The notes: generated by a model not told the origin, from the letters alone. Positions 17,943 to 28,562 are shown, counted from the first letter of the stretch. The stretch: DNA of 51,994 nt from Acidimicrobiia bacterium (GCA_030066265.1 JASJCF010000012.1:1-51994), one strand, 5' to 3'. Made by a program: numbers and translations.

Positions 17943-18923
17943 ATGGATTCAGTCCGGTTCGGGGTCTTGAGCACGGCCAAGATCGGCATGGAGAAGGTGA
18001 CGCCGGCAATCCAGGCGGCATCCAACGCTGAGGTCGTCGCCATTGCCTCTCGATCGCACGACGATGCCGTCGATGCCGCTGCGTCCCTTGGCGTTCCCCA
18101 AGCATTCGGGGGTTACGAGGAGATGCTGGCATCGCCGGACATCGACGCGGTCTACATCCCCCTGCCGAACGACCTGCATGCCGAATGGACATTGCGGGCT
18201 GCGGATGCCGGCAAGCACGTGTTGTGCGAGAAGCCGCTCGCCATGACGCCGGAGCAGGCACAGGAGATGGTCGACGGCTGTGCGCAGGCTGGCGTCAAGC
18301 TGCAGGAAGCCTTCATGTATCGGCACCATCCCACCTGGGTGGAGGCGATTCGCCTTGTCCGCAGTGGCGCCGTGGGAACCGTGCAAGGGGTGCAGAGCTT
18401 CTTCAGCTACTACAACGACGATCCCGGGAACATCCGGAATCGCGTCGAGAACGGCGGAGGCGCGACGATGGACATCGGCTGCTACAACATCAACCTGTCA
18501 CGGTTGGTCTTCGACGCCGAGCCGGTCGACGTCGAGGCGGTGGTCAAGCGGGACCCGGTCATGGGGATCGACGTCCTCACGTCCGCCGTCATGTCGTTCC
18601 CACGCGGCGGGCAATCGAGCTTCACCTGCTCGATCCGGTCCGAGGAGTATCAGCGGGTGCATATCGTCGGCACCGGCGGCCGCATCGAGATCGAGATCCC
18701 GTTCAACATCCCGACGGACATCGACACCCGGATCTTCGTGAGCGCAGGTGGGGACCCACCCGTCTCCCCGGCCACGGAGACCGTCGTGTTCCCGCCAGCT
18801 GACCAGTACACGATCCAGGCGGAGCGGTTTGCACAGTCGATCATCGACGACACGCCGGTGCCGGTCGATCCGTCGGATGCGGTGGCGAACATGACGGTCA
18901 TCAGCGAAATCCTGGCGAACTAG
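17943..18923 (+). CDS. Gfo/Idh/MocA-family NAD(P)-dependent oxidoreductase
   Basis: VRFGVLSTAKIG Rossmann start and the EKPLA motif. The start is set at the ATG preceded by GAGGAGG (the ORF-track TTG at 17922 is unlikely). Confidence 0.88.
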   Translation: MDSVRFGVLSTAKIGMEKVTPAIQAASNAEVVAIASRSHDDAVDAAASLGVPQAFGGYEEMLASPDIDAVYIPLPNDLHAEWTLRAADAGKHVLCEKPLAMTPEQAQEMVDGCAQAGVKLQEAFMYRHHPTWVEAIRLVRSGAVGTVQGVQSFFSYYNDDPGNIRNRVENGGGATMDIGCYNINLSRLVFDAEPVDVEAVVKRDPVMGIDVLTSAVMSFPRGGQSSFTCSIRSEEYQRVHIVGTGGRIEIEIPFNIPTDIDTRIFVSAGGDPPVSPATETVVFPPADQYTIQAERFAQSIIDDTPVPVDPSDAVANMTVISEILAN

Positions 18924-18947
18924 ACCACGAGGAGGAGGAGACCCACC

Positions 18948-19667
18948 ATGAGAGACCTCACAGGAGAAGTCGTTGCCGTCACCGGTGCCAGTGCCGGTAT
19001 CGGGGAAGCGAGCGCCCGGGCCCTCGTCGCCGAGGGAGCGAACGTCGTTGTCGGTGCGCGCCGCAAGGACAGGCTCGACGCCATGGCGGACCAGCTCGGT
19101 GCACAGGTGGCCGTCGTCGAGATGGATGTGACCAGTCCGGCTGATGCCAAGCGCCTGGTCGGCGCAGCCATGGACCGCTTCGGGAAGCTCGATGCGCTGG
19201 TCGCCAATGCGGGAATCGGTGCCTACGGCGGGATCATGGATCTGACCGACGAGCAGCTGGCAGCGATGATGGAGACGAACATCGCCGGCACGGTGTGGCC
19301 GATCCGTGCAGCGGTCCCGGTGTTCGTCGATGCGGGAGCCGGCGACATCGTGATCGTGGCCTCGGTTGCCGGGCTTCGAGGAGCGGGAGACGAGGCCGTC
19401 TATGCGGCCACGAAGTTCGCTCAGGTCGGGCTGGCCGGTGGGCTCGATCGGGAGCTCCGGGAGCACGGGATTCGCGTGTCCACGCTCGCCCCTGGGGGCA
19501 CGGCGACCGAGTTCGCCATGGGGGCTGGCCGAACGCCGGACATGCCGGGCCTTGCCGACATGATGTCGGCCGATGACGTCGCCGCCGCCGTGGTTGCCGT
19601 CTTGAAGCAGCCAAGGTCGATGCGGACCCTCGTGTGGTCGATGCGGAGCATGCAGGAGGCCGACTGA
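18948..19667 (+). CDS. Short-chain dehydrogenase/reductase (SDR)
   Basis: TGASAGIG cofactor motif, NAG, and the YAATK catalytic motif. A strong GGAGGAGGAG lies upstream. Confidence 0.9.
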   Translation: MRDLTGEVVAVTGASAGIGEASARALVAEGANVVVGARRKDRLDAMADQLGAQVAVVEMDVTSPADAKRLVGAAMDRFGKLDALVANAGIGAYGGIMDLTDEQLAAMMETNIAGTVWPIRAAVPVFVDAGAGDIVIVASVAGLRGAGDEAVYAATKFAQVGLAGGLDRELREHGIRVSTLAPGGTATEFAMGAGRTPDMPGLADMMSADDVAAAVVAVLKQPRSMRTLVWSMRSMQEAD

Positions 19668-19818
19668 GGCGACCCCGCCTACCGCAGCTTCCCGGGAACC
19701 CGTCGAGGCGACGAGCGGACGCTCCGTGCCGCTGCGGTGTGACGCATTCCTCATGGCTGCGGCGACCGCCGTAGTGTTCTGACCACACGACATTCGGCCT
19801 CCCCACTTCCGAAAGCGC

Positions 19819-20697
19819 ATGGCAGCAGCCGAGACCGCAACCATCCCGCTCGGTTCCTACGAGTTCACCATCGCCACGAATGCGGGGCCGAGGGTGCTCG
19901 GTTATCGCCGCAAGCAAGGGGTGAACCCCTTTGCGGAGCTCCCGAACGACGTCATCCCCCTCCAGGACGGCCGGAAGTATCGATTCCTCGGGGGCCACCG
20001 CCTGTGGAGGGCTCCCGAGATTCCCGCCGTCACGTACGAACCGGACGATCGGCCGGTGAAGATCGACGACAGTTCGCGAGACATCGACATCAGCGGTCCC
20101 GCCGACCGCAACGGCATCGCGAAGCGCATCACGGTCTCCCAGCGCGGGAACTACTCGATCGTCGATCATGCCCTGGAGAACCACGGACAGGACACGGTGT
20201 TGTCGGCGCCCTGGGCGATCACGCAGCTCAAGCCGGGGGGCTTCGCATACCTGCCATTGGCCGCCGAGCCGTCGGATCCCGATGCCGTGCAACCGAACCG
20301 CTTGCTCGTGCTGTGGCCCTACACGGACCTCTCCGCGCCCGAGATCCAATTCACCGAACGGTTGATCATGGTCCACGGCAGCGAGCGCAACGCCAGGCTC
20401 AAGGTGGGAGTCGCCAACACCCAGGGGTGGGTCGCGTACCACTACGGCGATGAGCTCTTCGTCATCTGGTCACACGTCAACCGTGCCGAGGGCTACTACG
20501 TCGACCACGGGGCCTCGGTGCAGTGCTACCGCGATGGGCGGTTCCTGGAGCTCGAGACCCTCGGATCCCGAGCTCAACTCGCCCCCGGTGAGCGCGTGAC
20601 CCATCGCGAAGTGTGGACATTGATCGATCTCGGGGGGCAGCCCCCTGACGACGTGCTCGCCGACCTGCCCGAGACGCCTGACGGCATCTTCCTGTGA
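19819..20697 (+). CDS. Hypothetical protein, possibly galactose-mutarotase-like / DUF4380-like (tentative)
   Basis: 292-aa soluble ORF. Its TGA stop overlaps the GTG at 20694 in the aminotransferase reading frame (GTGA at 20694..20697); the aminotransferase start I prefer is ATG 20721. The family assignment comes from vague recollection only. Confidence 0.65.
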   Translation: MAAAETATIPLGSYEFTIATNAGPRVLGYRRKQGVNPFAELPNDVIPLQDGRKYRFLGGHRLWRAPEIPAVTYEPDDRPVKIDDSSRDIDISGPADRNGIAKRITVSQRGNYSIVDHALENHGQDTVLSAPWAITQLKPGGFAYLPLAAEPSDPDAVQPNRLLVLWPYTDLSAPEIQFTERLIMVHGSERNARLKVGVANTQGWVAYHYGDELFVIWSHVNRAEGYYVDHGASVQCYRDGRFLELETLGSRAQLAPGERVTHREVWTLIDLGGQPPDDVLADLPETPDGIFL

Positions 20698-20720
20698 CCG
20701 GTCGGGGATTGGAGGAGACC

Positions 20721-21812
20721 ATGGTCATCGACACACAAGCGGCGGGACGCCTGCTCATGGGCCCAGGGCCCTCCAACGCCTATCCCGAGTCTCTCGCTGC
20801 GGCCGGCCGACCCCTCATCGGCCACCTCGACCCGGTGTTCCTGGCGATTCTCGACGATACGAGCGCCGGGCTCCGGGCGGTGATGGGCACCGACAACGAG
20901 CTCACCTTCCCGATCAGCGGAACCGGGTCGGCGGGCATGGAAGCGGCTTTCGTCAACTGGGTGGCACCCGGTGATGTCGTCGTCATCGGAGTCAACGGCG
21001 TCTTCGGACAGCGCATGTGCGATGTCGCCGACCGCCTCGGTGCAGAGGTGGTGAAGGTCGAGCACGAGTGGGGCGAGGCGCTGTCGGTGGAGCGGATGCT
21101 CTCTGCCCACCCCGCTCCGGCGATCATCGCCGCCGTGCACGCCGAGACCTCCACCGGCGTGCTGTCCGATGTCGCCTCGATCGGAGCGAACAAGGGTGAC
21201 GCGCTCTTCCTGGTGGACTGTGTCACGTCGGTGGGCGGGGTCCCGGTCGAGCTCGATGCGTGGGGAGTCGACATCGCATACAGCGGGACTCAGAAGTGCC
21301 TCGGCGTCGCGCCCGGACTGGCTCCGTTCACCGCCAACGAGCGAGCTCGGGAGCGCATGCTCGATCGGCCCGTGTCGTGGTATCTGGACCTGAACATGAT
21401 CGAGAAGTACGTCACCGGTGAAGGCGCTCGTGCGTATCACCACACCGCCCCCATCAACGCCATCCGCGGGCTCCACGCCGGGCTCGCGACGATCCTCGCC
21501 GAGGGACTCGACGCCGTGTTCGAGCGCCACCGGTCGTGCGGAGGAGCACTCTTCGACGGCCTGATGTCGCTCGGGTTCGAGCCGTTCGCCCAGGAGGGGA
21601 ATCGCATCCCTCACCTCACCACCGCCTATCTCCCCGAGGGCGTCGATGATGCGAAGGCCCGGCGGACATTGCTCGAGGACTTCGGGATCGAGGTCGGTGG
21701 AGGTCTCGGGCCGGTGGCAGGCAAGATCTGGCGTGTGTCCGCAATGGGTGAGACGGCCCGCGCTGCGCACGTCAACACGGGCCTCGCTGCCATCACAGCC
21801 GTCGTCTCGTGA
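20721..21812 (+). CDS. Class-V aminotransferase of the alanine-glyoxylate / serine-pyruvate (AGXT) type
   Basis: LMGPGPSN N-terminal motif and SGTQKCLG (PLP lysine). The start is set at the ATG after GGAGGAG; the ORF-track GTG at 20694 overlaps the previous stop. Confidence 0.88.
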   Translation: MVIDTQAAGRLLMGPGPSNAYPESLAAAGRPLIGHLDPVFLAILDDTSAGLRAVMGTDNELTFPISGTGSAGMEAAFVNWVAPGDVVVIGVNGVFGQRMCDVADRLGAEVVKVEHEWGEALSVERMLSAHPAPAIIAAVHAETSTGVLSDVASIGANKGDALFLVDCVTSVGGVPVELDAWGVDIAYSGTQKCLGVAPGLAPFTANERARERMLDRPVSWYLDLNMIEKYVTGEGARAYHHTAPINAIRGLHAGLATILAEGLDAVFERHRSCGGALFDGLMSLGFEPFAQEGNRIPHLTTAYLPEGVDDAKARRTLLEDFGIEVGGGLGPVAGKIWRVSAMGETARAAHVNTGLAAITAVVS

Positions 21813-23308
21813 AGACGCCGCTGTTCATCGGTGTCGATTCGTCGACGACGGCGACGAAGGCACTCATCGTGGACGCGAGCGGGTCCATCCTCGCCATGGG
21901 ACGTTCGGTGTATGGGTTCGAGACTCCGCAACCGCTGTGGTCCGAGCAATCGCCCGATCTGTGGTGGGACGCCACGGTGCAGGCGGTTCGCGAGGCGATG
22001 GACCGAGCAGGGGCGTCGGCCGGTGACGTCGGTGGGATCGGCCTCACGGGACAGATGCACGGCCTCGTCGTCCTCGACGCTGCAGATCGCGTCCTCAGGC
22101 CGGCCATCCTCTGGAACGATCAGCGTACGCAGGCGGAGTGTGACGAGATTCGGGCGGTCGTTGGGCTCGAGAGGCTGCTCGCCACAACGGGCAATGATGC
22201 GCTCACCGGGTTCACCGCACCGAAGCTCGCATGGGTTCGGAATCACGAACCCGATGTCTTCGAACGGATCGCCCATGTGCTGTTGCCGAAGGACTACGTT
22301 CGACTCCGCCTGACCGGCCTCCACGCCATGGACAAGGCGGGAGGGTCGGGCACGATCCTGTTCGACGTCGCAGCACGAGATTGGTCACGCGACGTTCTCG
22401 AGGCCCTCGGCTTCCCCTCGAGCTGGTTTCCGGACACCTTCGAGGGAACCGAGGTGACCGGCACGCTCACCGAAGCCGCTGCGGATGAGCTCGGATTGGC
22501 CAAAGGGACGCCGGTGTTCGGCGGTGGCGGCGACCAAGCCGCCAACGGCGTCGGCGTCGGAGCCGTGCGGGCCGGCACGGTGGCGATGAGCGTGGGCACC
22601 AGCGGAGTCGTCTTCGCCGCAGTCGATCGGCCCGTCATCGAACCGGAAGGACGGCTCCATGCCTTCTGCCACGCCGTGCCCGGAATGTGGCATCTCATGG
22701 GGGTGATGCTGTCCGCCGCCGGGAGCTACGAGTGGTTCCGAACCACCGTTGCACCGGATCGTTCCTTCGCCGAACTCGATGCAGAGGCTTCCGATGTCCG
22801 GCCGGGAGCCAACGGTCTGCTGTACCTGCCCTACTTGTCGGGCGAGCGCACCCCGTATCCCGATCCGCTCGCACGTGGTGTCTTCGCCGGCCTCACCGTG
22901 CGCCATGAGCGAGCACACCTGGCGCGCGCTGTGCTCGAAGGGGTGGCATTCGGCTTGCGTGACTCCCTCGAGCTCGTGGCGGGTGCGGTCGGCATCGACG
23001 AAGTCCGCATCTCGGGAGGGGGTGCGTCGAGCCCCGTCTGGCTCCAGATCATCGCAGACGTGATCGACCATCCGATCCAGGTCGTCGGCACCCCGGAGTC
23101 GGCCGCCCACGGTGCCGCCCTGCTCGCTGCGACAGGGGACGGAGCCTTCGCATCGATCGAGGAGGCAACCACGAGCTCGATCGAATTGGGTCGGCGCTAC
23201 GTTCCCGGAGCAGACGCCCAGCCGTACCAAGAGGCATATGGGGTCTACCGCAGCCTCTATCCGACGCTCAGGAGCACATTCCCTGCCCTCGCAGACCTCG
23301 ATCGGTGA
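21809..23308 (+). CDS. xylB: Xylulokinase (FGGY family)
   Basis: GVDSSTTATKALIVD, WSEQSPDLWW, GLTGQMHGLVVLD, GGGDQAANGVG. The GTG start overlaps the upstream stop (GTGA). Confidence 0.9.
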   Translation: MKTPLFIGVDSSTTATKALIVDASGSILAMGRSVYGFETPQPLWSEQSPDLWWDATVQAVREAMDRAGASAGDVGGIGLTGQMHGLVVLDAADRVLRPAILWNDQRTQAECDEIRAVVGLERLLATTGNDALTGFTAPKLAWVRNHEPDVFERIAHVLLPKDYVRLRLTGLHAMDKAGGSGTILFDVAARDWSRDVLEALGFPSSWFPDTFEGTEVTGTLTEAAADELGLAKGTPVFGGGGDQAANGVGVGAVRAGTVAMSVGTSGVVFAAVDRPVIEPEGRLHAFCHAVPGMWHLMGVMLSAAGSYEWFRTTVAPDRSFAELDAEASDVRPGANGLLYLPYLSGERTPYPDPLARGVFAGLTVRHERAHLARAVLEGVAFGLRDSLELVAGAVGIDEVRISGGGASSPVWLQIIADVIDHPIQVVGTPESAAHGAALLAATGDGAFASIEEATTSSIELGRRYVPGADAQPYQEAYGVYRSLYPTLRSTFPALADLDR

Positions 23309-23312
23309 ACGG

Positions 23313-23741
23313 TCAGTGAGGCGGGTTCTCCGGCACGGAGTCCGGTTCCTCGTGTGCGGACGCCCGGAGGGAGGTGACGGACTTGACGTTCCAGCACAGC
23401 GTCGAGCCTTGCCGCACGAGGAGGCGGACGGGTCCCCCCTCGTCGGCTTCGAGCGGGCGTTCCGGCGTCCCGACCAGGAGATAGCCGCCGCCGATCACGT
23501 CGATGGTGGGGATGCTCGCGCGATACCCGTCACGCTCGGCCTCCACCGTCACATACGGGAGGTCCGTCGACATCAGCAGACGAATCGGAACAGCGCGCCC
23601 CCGTCGGCCCGGGAAGAGCTCTCCGACGTCCGGCACGGCTCCAGGATGATCGACCAGGGTCGTCACCGGGAGCTCGCGTTCGCGCCCGTCGCGTTCCGCA
23701 ATGACCACGTTCGGTGCGCCTTCGACCTTCTCTTCGATCAT
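23313..23741 (-). CDS. Small molybdopterin-binding (sulfite-oxidase-fold) domain protein
   Basis: 142 aa resembling the oxidoreductase molybdopterin-binding domain (...GGPVRLLVRQGSTLCWNVKSVTSL). The start is set at the internal ATG (MIEEK). Confidence 0.65.
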   Translation of the reverse strand: MIEEKVEGAPNVVIAERDGRERELPVTTLVDHPGAVPDVGELFPGRRGRAVPIRLLMSTDLPYVTVEAERDGYRASIPTIDVIGGGYLLVGTPERPLEADEGGPVRLLVRQGSTLCWNVKSVTSLRASAHEEPDSVPENPPH

Positions 23742-23839
23742 GGTGCCACTGTACCGGCCGAGGTCCGCCGGCTCCCGGCCGACCCGGCGACACCGTGCGC
23801 GGCGCCCGCTATACATCCACCGGTGAGGTACGTGATTCG

Positions 23840-24511
23840 ATGACAACCAACAGCACCATCCACGGCGTCATCTGGGACGTCGACGGCACATTGGCGGACA
23901 CGCTCGACCTGTGTGTGGACGCTCTCCAGCACGCCATTCGTGTCCACGGGGGGCCGGATCTCACTCGTGAGGAGGTGCAGAGCCGCTTCGGGCCCACCGA
24001 GGAGGGCATCCTCGAGGGTGTCGTCGGCGACCGCTGGGTCGACGCCATCGAGACCTACCTCGACGTCTACGAGTCTCACCACAACGGAACTGCGCTGACC
24101 TTCGCACGCGTTCGTTCGGTGGTCCTCGACCTCGACAGCGCCGGGGTTCCGATGGCCGTGGTCACGGGCAAGGGGGAGCGGAGCGCGCGGATCACCCTCG
24201 AGCACATCGGCCTCGACGAGGTCTTCGAGTACGTCGCAGCCGGCTCGACGAAGCGGTCGATCAAGTCCTCAGCGATCGAGGGCATCGTTTCGCGATGGGG
24301 CCTCGATCCGGAGGTGGTGGCCTATGTGGGGGACGTGCCATCGGATGTCGAGCATGCCCATGCGGCCTCGGTGGTAGCGGTCTCAGCTGCCTGGAAACCC
24401 GACGCCGACGTTCCCGCTCTCGCACAGCAGTCGCCGGAGTTCCTCCTGACGAGCGAAGACGAGCTCGCAGCGTGGGCCGCTGATCACGTGAAGGCAGCAG
24501 CCGCCGACTGA
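23840..24511 (+). CDS. HAD-superfamily hydrolase (phosphatase-like)
   Basis: DVDGTLADT motif I, VVTGK motif II region, VGDVPSD motif. The start is set at MTTNSTIHGVIWD. Confidence 0.85.
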   Translation: MTTNSTIHGVIWDVDGTLADTLDLCVDALQHAIRVHGGPDLTREEVQSRFGPTEEGILEGVVGDRWVDAIETYLDVYESHHNGTALTFARVRSVVLDLDSAGVPMAVVTGKGERSARITLEHIGLDEVFEYVAAGSTKRSIKSSAIEGIVSRWGLDPEVVAYVGDVPSDVEHAHAASVVAVSAAWKPDADVPALAQQSPEFLLTSEDELAAWAADHVKAAAAD

Positions 24512-24620
24512 CCCGATACGATCTCCACGAGACCGACGTCGATCGGCTGCATCGGTGGAGCTCTCGGTGCGAACGGCGCAGCCTCCGTCACAGGCATAGG
24601 GTGATGGCGGAGGTGCAACC

Positions 24621-25292
24621 GTGAATGGACTGCGCGATTGGGAGCTCCTGCGGGCCACGGAGCGCACGCCGGCGGCAGACGCCGAGCGCATCGCCACGAT
24701 CACATCGGAGTTCGAACGCGGGTTCGAGGTGCTCCGCGAGGTCGGGCCGTGCATCACGATCTTCGGGTCCGCTCGGTTCACCGAAGATCATCCGTCTTAC
24801 CAGCTGACCCGTGCCACCGCTGCTGCGTTCGGATCACACGGATTCGCCATCATGTCCGGAGGTGGCCCCGGCGTGATGGAGGCCGCAAATCGTGGCGCAC
24901 GCGACGTGGGTGCGACCTCGATCGGCTGCACGATCGAGATTCCGCACGAGCAGACCGGGAACCCCTACATCGACATCGAGATCCCCTTCCACTACTTCTT
25001 CGCCCGCAAGGTGTGTCTGGTGCGGTACTCGCAGGCGTTCGTGCTGATGCCCGGTGGCTTCGGCACGCTCGACGAGCTGTTCGAGACGGCAACCCTCATC
25101 CAGACCGGCAAGATGCCCGGATTCCCGCTCGTGCTGATGGGGACGGAGTTCTGGGAACCCATCACCTCGTTCGTGACCACCTCACTCGTGGGGGGCGGGA
25201 CCATCAGCGAAGAGGATCTCGAGTTCTTCCGCGCCACGGACGATCCGGACGACGCCGTGCGATACGTCGAGGAGCATCTCTCGGGCAGCTGA
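24621..25292 (+). CDS. LOG-family / TIGR00730-type Rossmann protein (nucleotide phosphoribohydrolase)
   Basis: GGGPGVMEA and PGGFGTLDELFE signature motifs. Confidence 0.9.
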   Translation: MNGLRDWELLRATERTPAADAERIATITSEFERGFEVLREVGPCITIFGSARFTEDHPSYQLTRATAAAFGSHGFAIMSGGGPGVMEAANRGARDVGATSIGCTIEIPHEQTGNPYIDIEIPFHYFFARKVCLVRYSQAFVLMPGGFGTLDELFETATLIQTGKMPGFPLVLMGTEFWEPITSFVTTSLVGGGTISEEDLEFFRATDDPDDAVRYVEEHLSGS

Positions 25293-25308
25293 CGTATCGC
25301 CGTCATGG

Positions 25309-26820
25309 CTAGCGAAGAAACGATCTCACCGTATCGATGGTGTCCGCATCCTGCGGGAGCTTGTCGTTCCGGTACCTGACGACACGGGCGAAGCGGAGCG
25401 CTGCACCTCCTGGATATCGGGTCGATCGCTGAACACCGTCGATGGCGATCTCGACGACCTGCTCCGGGCGCACGATCACGGTCCGTCCGTCGTCGGTGAC
25501 GGCGAGTTCGGAGAACCGCTCCGTCTGCCATCGCAGCGTGTCGTCGGTCATTCCCTTGAACGTCTTGCCGACCATCACGAAGCCCCCCGACATGGGATCG
25601 CGGGCGCCGAGATGGATGTTCGACAGCCAGCCGCGGCGGCGCCCGCTGCCATGCTCCACTGCGAGGACGACCAGATCCAGGGTGTGGACCGGCTTCACCT
25701 TTCGCCACGCCTTGCCTCGCCGGCCCGCCTGATACGGTGAGTCCGCCGCCTTGATCACGACACCTTCGTGTCCTTCGTCCAGAGCGCGCGCCAGGGTGGC
25801 TTGGGCTTCCTCCGGATCGGAGGTCACAACACCGGGTACCGCGAGCGGGCCGACAACGGCGCGGAGGCGGTGAAAGCGATCGATGAGGGGCACGTCGAGG
25901 AGGTCCTCGCCGTCATGGTGGAGGAGATCGAAGAAGAACGGATACGACGGCTGGTCCCCGCTGGCGGTGTCCTGGAACGGCACCGGTCTCCCTTCGGCAT
26001 CGAGGCCGAGCACCTCGCCGTCGAGGATGAGACTCTGTGCGTTCAACGCTCGGACGGCTTCGACGACGGAGGGCACCCCGCCCGTGATCTCGTTCAGATT
26101 GCGCGTCCACACCCGAACGGTGTCGCCAGCTCGATGGACCTGGATCCGGATCCCATCGAGCTTCCATTCCACGGACGCATCGCCGAGCTCCTCGATTGCG
26201 GACTGTGGAGACGCCGCGGTCGAGGCGAGCATCGGGAGTACCGGGCGGAAGATCGCCAGGCCGATGTCGTCGAGCCCGGTCCGCCCGCTGCGCACGGCGA
26301 CCTGCGCCGCCTCGGCCAGGTCGCCCGTCAACATGGCGGCCCTGCGCACCGACGCAACCGGAACCCCGGCCGCCTTCGCCACGGCGGTCGTGACGACTCC
26401 CTCGTTGGCGCCCTGTCGGAGCTCACCGATGAGCAGGCGCCTCACGAAGGCCGCTTCGGCCTCCGTTGCGGTCGACAGGAACCGAGCCAACCGGCTCCGA
26501 CGGTCCTGCTGGCTCCCAGCGCCGGTCGTCGAGCCCAGGTCGTCGAGCAGCGCGTCGAGATCGGCGACAACCAGCCGGGATTCGCCGGCAGGCTCGGCCG
26601 ACGCGTTTGCGATCGTCGCCCAGCCCACACCGATCCTGCCCTGCCGGGGGTTGCCGGAGATCAGCCCGACGACGACGCCGATCTCGTCCTCGGGGGTCTC
26701 GCGAAGGAGCTCGGCGATCAGCCCGACTTTCTCGTTCCTCGCAGCGGTGGCCGACACCGCGTCTGATGCCGCAACCAGTCTCCGCAATTCCAGACTCGTC
26801 GCATCGGGTGGGTCTGCCAT
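25309..26820 (-). CDS. ATP-dependent DNA ligase (three-domain LigB/Lig1-like)
   Basis: Adenylation motif I EWKLDGIRIQVH (KxDG), with an N-terminal DNA-binding domain and a C-terminal OB region. 503 aa. Confidence 0.9.
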   Translation of the reverse strand: MADPPDATSLELRRLVAASDAVSATAARNEKVGLIAELLRETPEDEIGVVVGLISGNPRQGRIGVGWATIANASAEPAGESRLVVADLDALLDDLGSTTGAGSQQDRRSRLARFLSTATEAEAAFVRRLLIGELRQGANEGVVTTAVAKAAGVPVASVRRAAMLTGDLAEAAQVAVRSGRTGLDDIGLAIFRPVLPMLASTAASPQSAIEELGDASVEWKLDGIRIQVHRAGDTVRVWTRNLNEITGGVPSVVEAVRALNAQSLILDGEVLGLDAEGRPVPFQDTASGDQPSYPFFFDLLHHDGEDLLDVPLIDRFHRLRAVVGPLAVPGVVTSDPEEAQATLARALDEGHEGVVIKAADSPYQAGRRGKAWRKVKPVHTLDLVVLAVEHGSGRRRGWLSNIHLGARDPMSGGFVMVGKTFKGMTDDTLRWQTERFSELAVTDDGRTVIVRPEQVVEIAIDGVQRSTRYPGGAALRFARVVRYRNDKLPQDADTIDTVRSFLR

Positions 26821-26853
26821 GGCGGCAGCCTACGGGTATGCCGAGAAGTCGCA

Positions 26854-27342
26854 ATGGGCGCCAGTACGCTGCCAATCGTGAACGAACTCGAACTCGAACT
26901 CCTCCTTCGATGCGTTGCAGCGGCAGTTCTCGCCGGAGTGGTCGGATTCGATCGCGAAGCCGCCAACAAGCCGGCGGGCATTCGCACCCATGCCATCGTC
27001 GGAGCCGGCGCGGCGCTGTTCGCCAGCGCATCCATACTGATCCTCGGAGAGGCGGCCCTCGTCGAAGGGCGTGGCGATGCCGTTCGGATCCCTGCAGCCA
27101 TCGTCACCGGCGTCGGGTTCCTCGGCGCTGGAGCGATCCTGCGGGCCGGCCAGCGGGTCACCGGTCTCACGACGGCGGCCGGTATCTGGGTCACGGCGGC
27201 GATCGGACTCCTCGTGGGCTCCGGGTTCTGGATCATCGGCATCGGGGCGACGGCCCTGGTCGTTGCGATCATCAACCTCCCGACGGTGTTCGGGATGACG
27301 ACGTCGGATGCGCTGCACGAGCCTCCCAGCGACTCGGGTTAG
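26854..27342 (+). CDS. MgtC/SapB-family membrane protein
   Basis: [19 protein letters not shown] and [17 protein letters not shown] are typical MgtC-family motifs. Its stop overlaps the arcA stop (TTAG). Confidence 0.85.
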   Translation: MGASTLPIVNELELELLLRCVAAAVLAGVVGFDREAANKPAGIRTHAIVGAGAALFASASILILGEAALVEGRGDAVRIPAAIVTGVGFLGAGAILRAGQRVTGLTTAAGIWVTAAIGLLVGSGFWIIGIGATALVVAIINLPTVFGMTTSDALHEPPSDSG

Positions 27343-28562
27343 GCGGGATCTCGGAGCACCGGGCATGTCATGCAGTGCCCGCCACCACGTCCGCGGCCGA
27401 GCTCCGAGCCCTCGATCTCGAGCACCGTCACACCGGCATTGCGAAGACGCTCGTTGGTGTACTCGTTCCGGTTGTACGCGATCACCACTCCCGGCTCGAG
27501 GGCCACGACGTTGTTGCCGTCGTCCCACTGCTCGCGCGCTTGCTCGAATGTGTTCCCGCCCGTCGGGATCACGCGGAGCTCCGCGAGGTCGAGTGCTTCT
27601 CGCACCACGTCCAACCACCCGCGATCTTCGATCACGACCTCGACTCCGTCAGCCGCCGGGTAGTAGCTGATGGGCTGGATCGTCTCGATGACCGGCTCGT
27701 AGATCGTCACGAGATCGCGATCACAGAACGTGAACACGGTGTCGAGGTGCATGCTCGCCCGATCACGCGGCATCTTGGCCGCGATCACGCGTTCTGCCGC
27801 ATGGGCATCGAAGAGTGCCTTGGCGACCTGGCTGACCGCCTGATACGTGGTTCGTTCCCCCATGCCGATGAGCACGACACCGTTGCCGACCGGCATCACA
27901 TCTCCGCCCTCCAATGTGGCGCTCCCTCGGTCCTGCTCGGGGGGGTCGCCCCACCAGAACCGGAAATCCCCGTCGCGGAAGGCCGGATGGTGGTGATAGA
28001 TCGCAGCGAGATGCAGCGTCTCCTTCCGGCGCGCAGGCGAGTACTTGGGATTGATCGTCACGCCGTCGTAGATCCAGCTGCTCGAGTCCCTGGTGAACAG
28101 CTGATTCGGGAGAGGTGGCAGCACGAACTCATGATCTCCGTACGCCTTGGTGGCCCAGCTTCGGAAGTCGGATGGCAGTTCTCCCACGGTGACACCGCCG
28201 ATCAGGTGGTGGACCAGGGTCGTCGAGTCGAGCTCGTCCATCCACGAGCGCATCTCGGTCACGCCGTTGACACCGACCTCGTCGGCGATGAGCTTGCGAT
28301 CCAGCACGTAGGCGCGTCCGGCGGGATCGTCCATGACGTCCGTGAGGAGCTCGTGGACCAGCATGACATCGATGCCGTAGTCATCGCGCATCAGTGCGAC
28401 GAACGCGTCGTGTTCCACAGCGGCTCGCGTCGCCCACGGGACGTCGTCGAACAGCAGCTCCTCGGCATTGGACGGCGTGAGCCTCCGCATCTCCGGGCCG
28501 GGACGGTGCACGATGACCCTGCGGAGCCTGCCTACCTCTGAGTGAACGCCGAACCGTCCCAC
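27339..28562 (-). CDS. arcA: Arginine deiminase
   Basis: [20 protein letters not shown]-terminus and the catalytic-Cys motif GGGHCMTCP near the C-terminus. Confidence 0.92.
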   Translation of the reverse strand: MGRFGVHSEVGRLRRVIVHRPGPEMRRLTPSNAEELLFDDVPWATRAAVEHDAFVALMRDDYGIDVMLVHELLTDVMDDPAGRAYVLDRKLIADEVGVNGVTEMRSWMDELDSTTLVHHLIGGVTVGELPSDFRSWATKAYGDHEFVLPPLPNQLFTRDSSSWIYDGVTINPKYSPARRKETLHLAAIYHHHPAFRDGDFRFWWGDPPEQDRGSATLEGGDVMPVGNGVVLIGMGERTTYQAVSQVAKALFDAHAAERVIAAKMPRDRASMHLDTVFTFCDRDLVTIYEPVIETIQPISYYPAADGVEVVIEDRGWLDVVREALDLAELRVIPTGGNTFEQAREQWDDGNNVVALEPGVVIAYNRNEYTNERLRNAGVTVLEIEGSELGRGRGGGHCMTCPVLRDPA

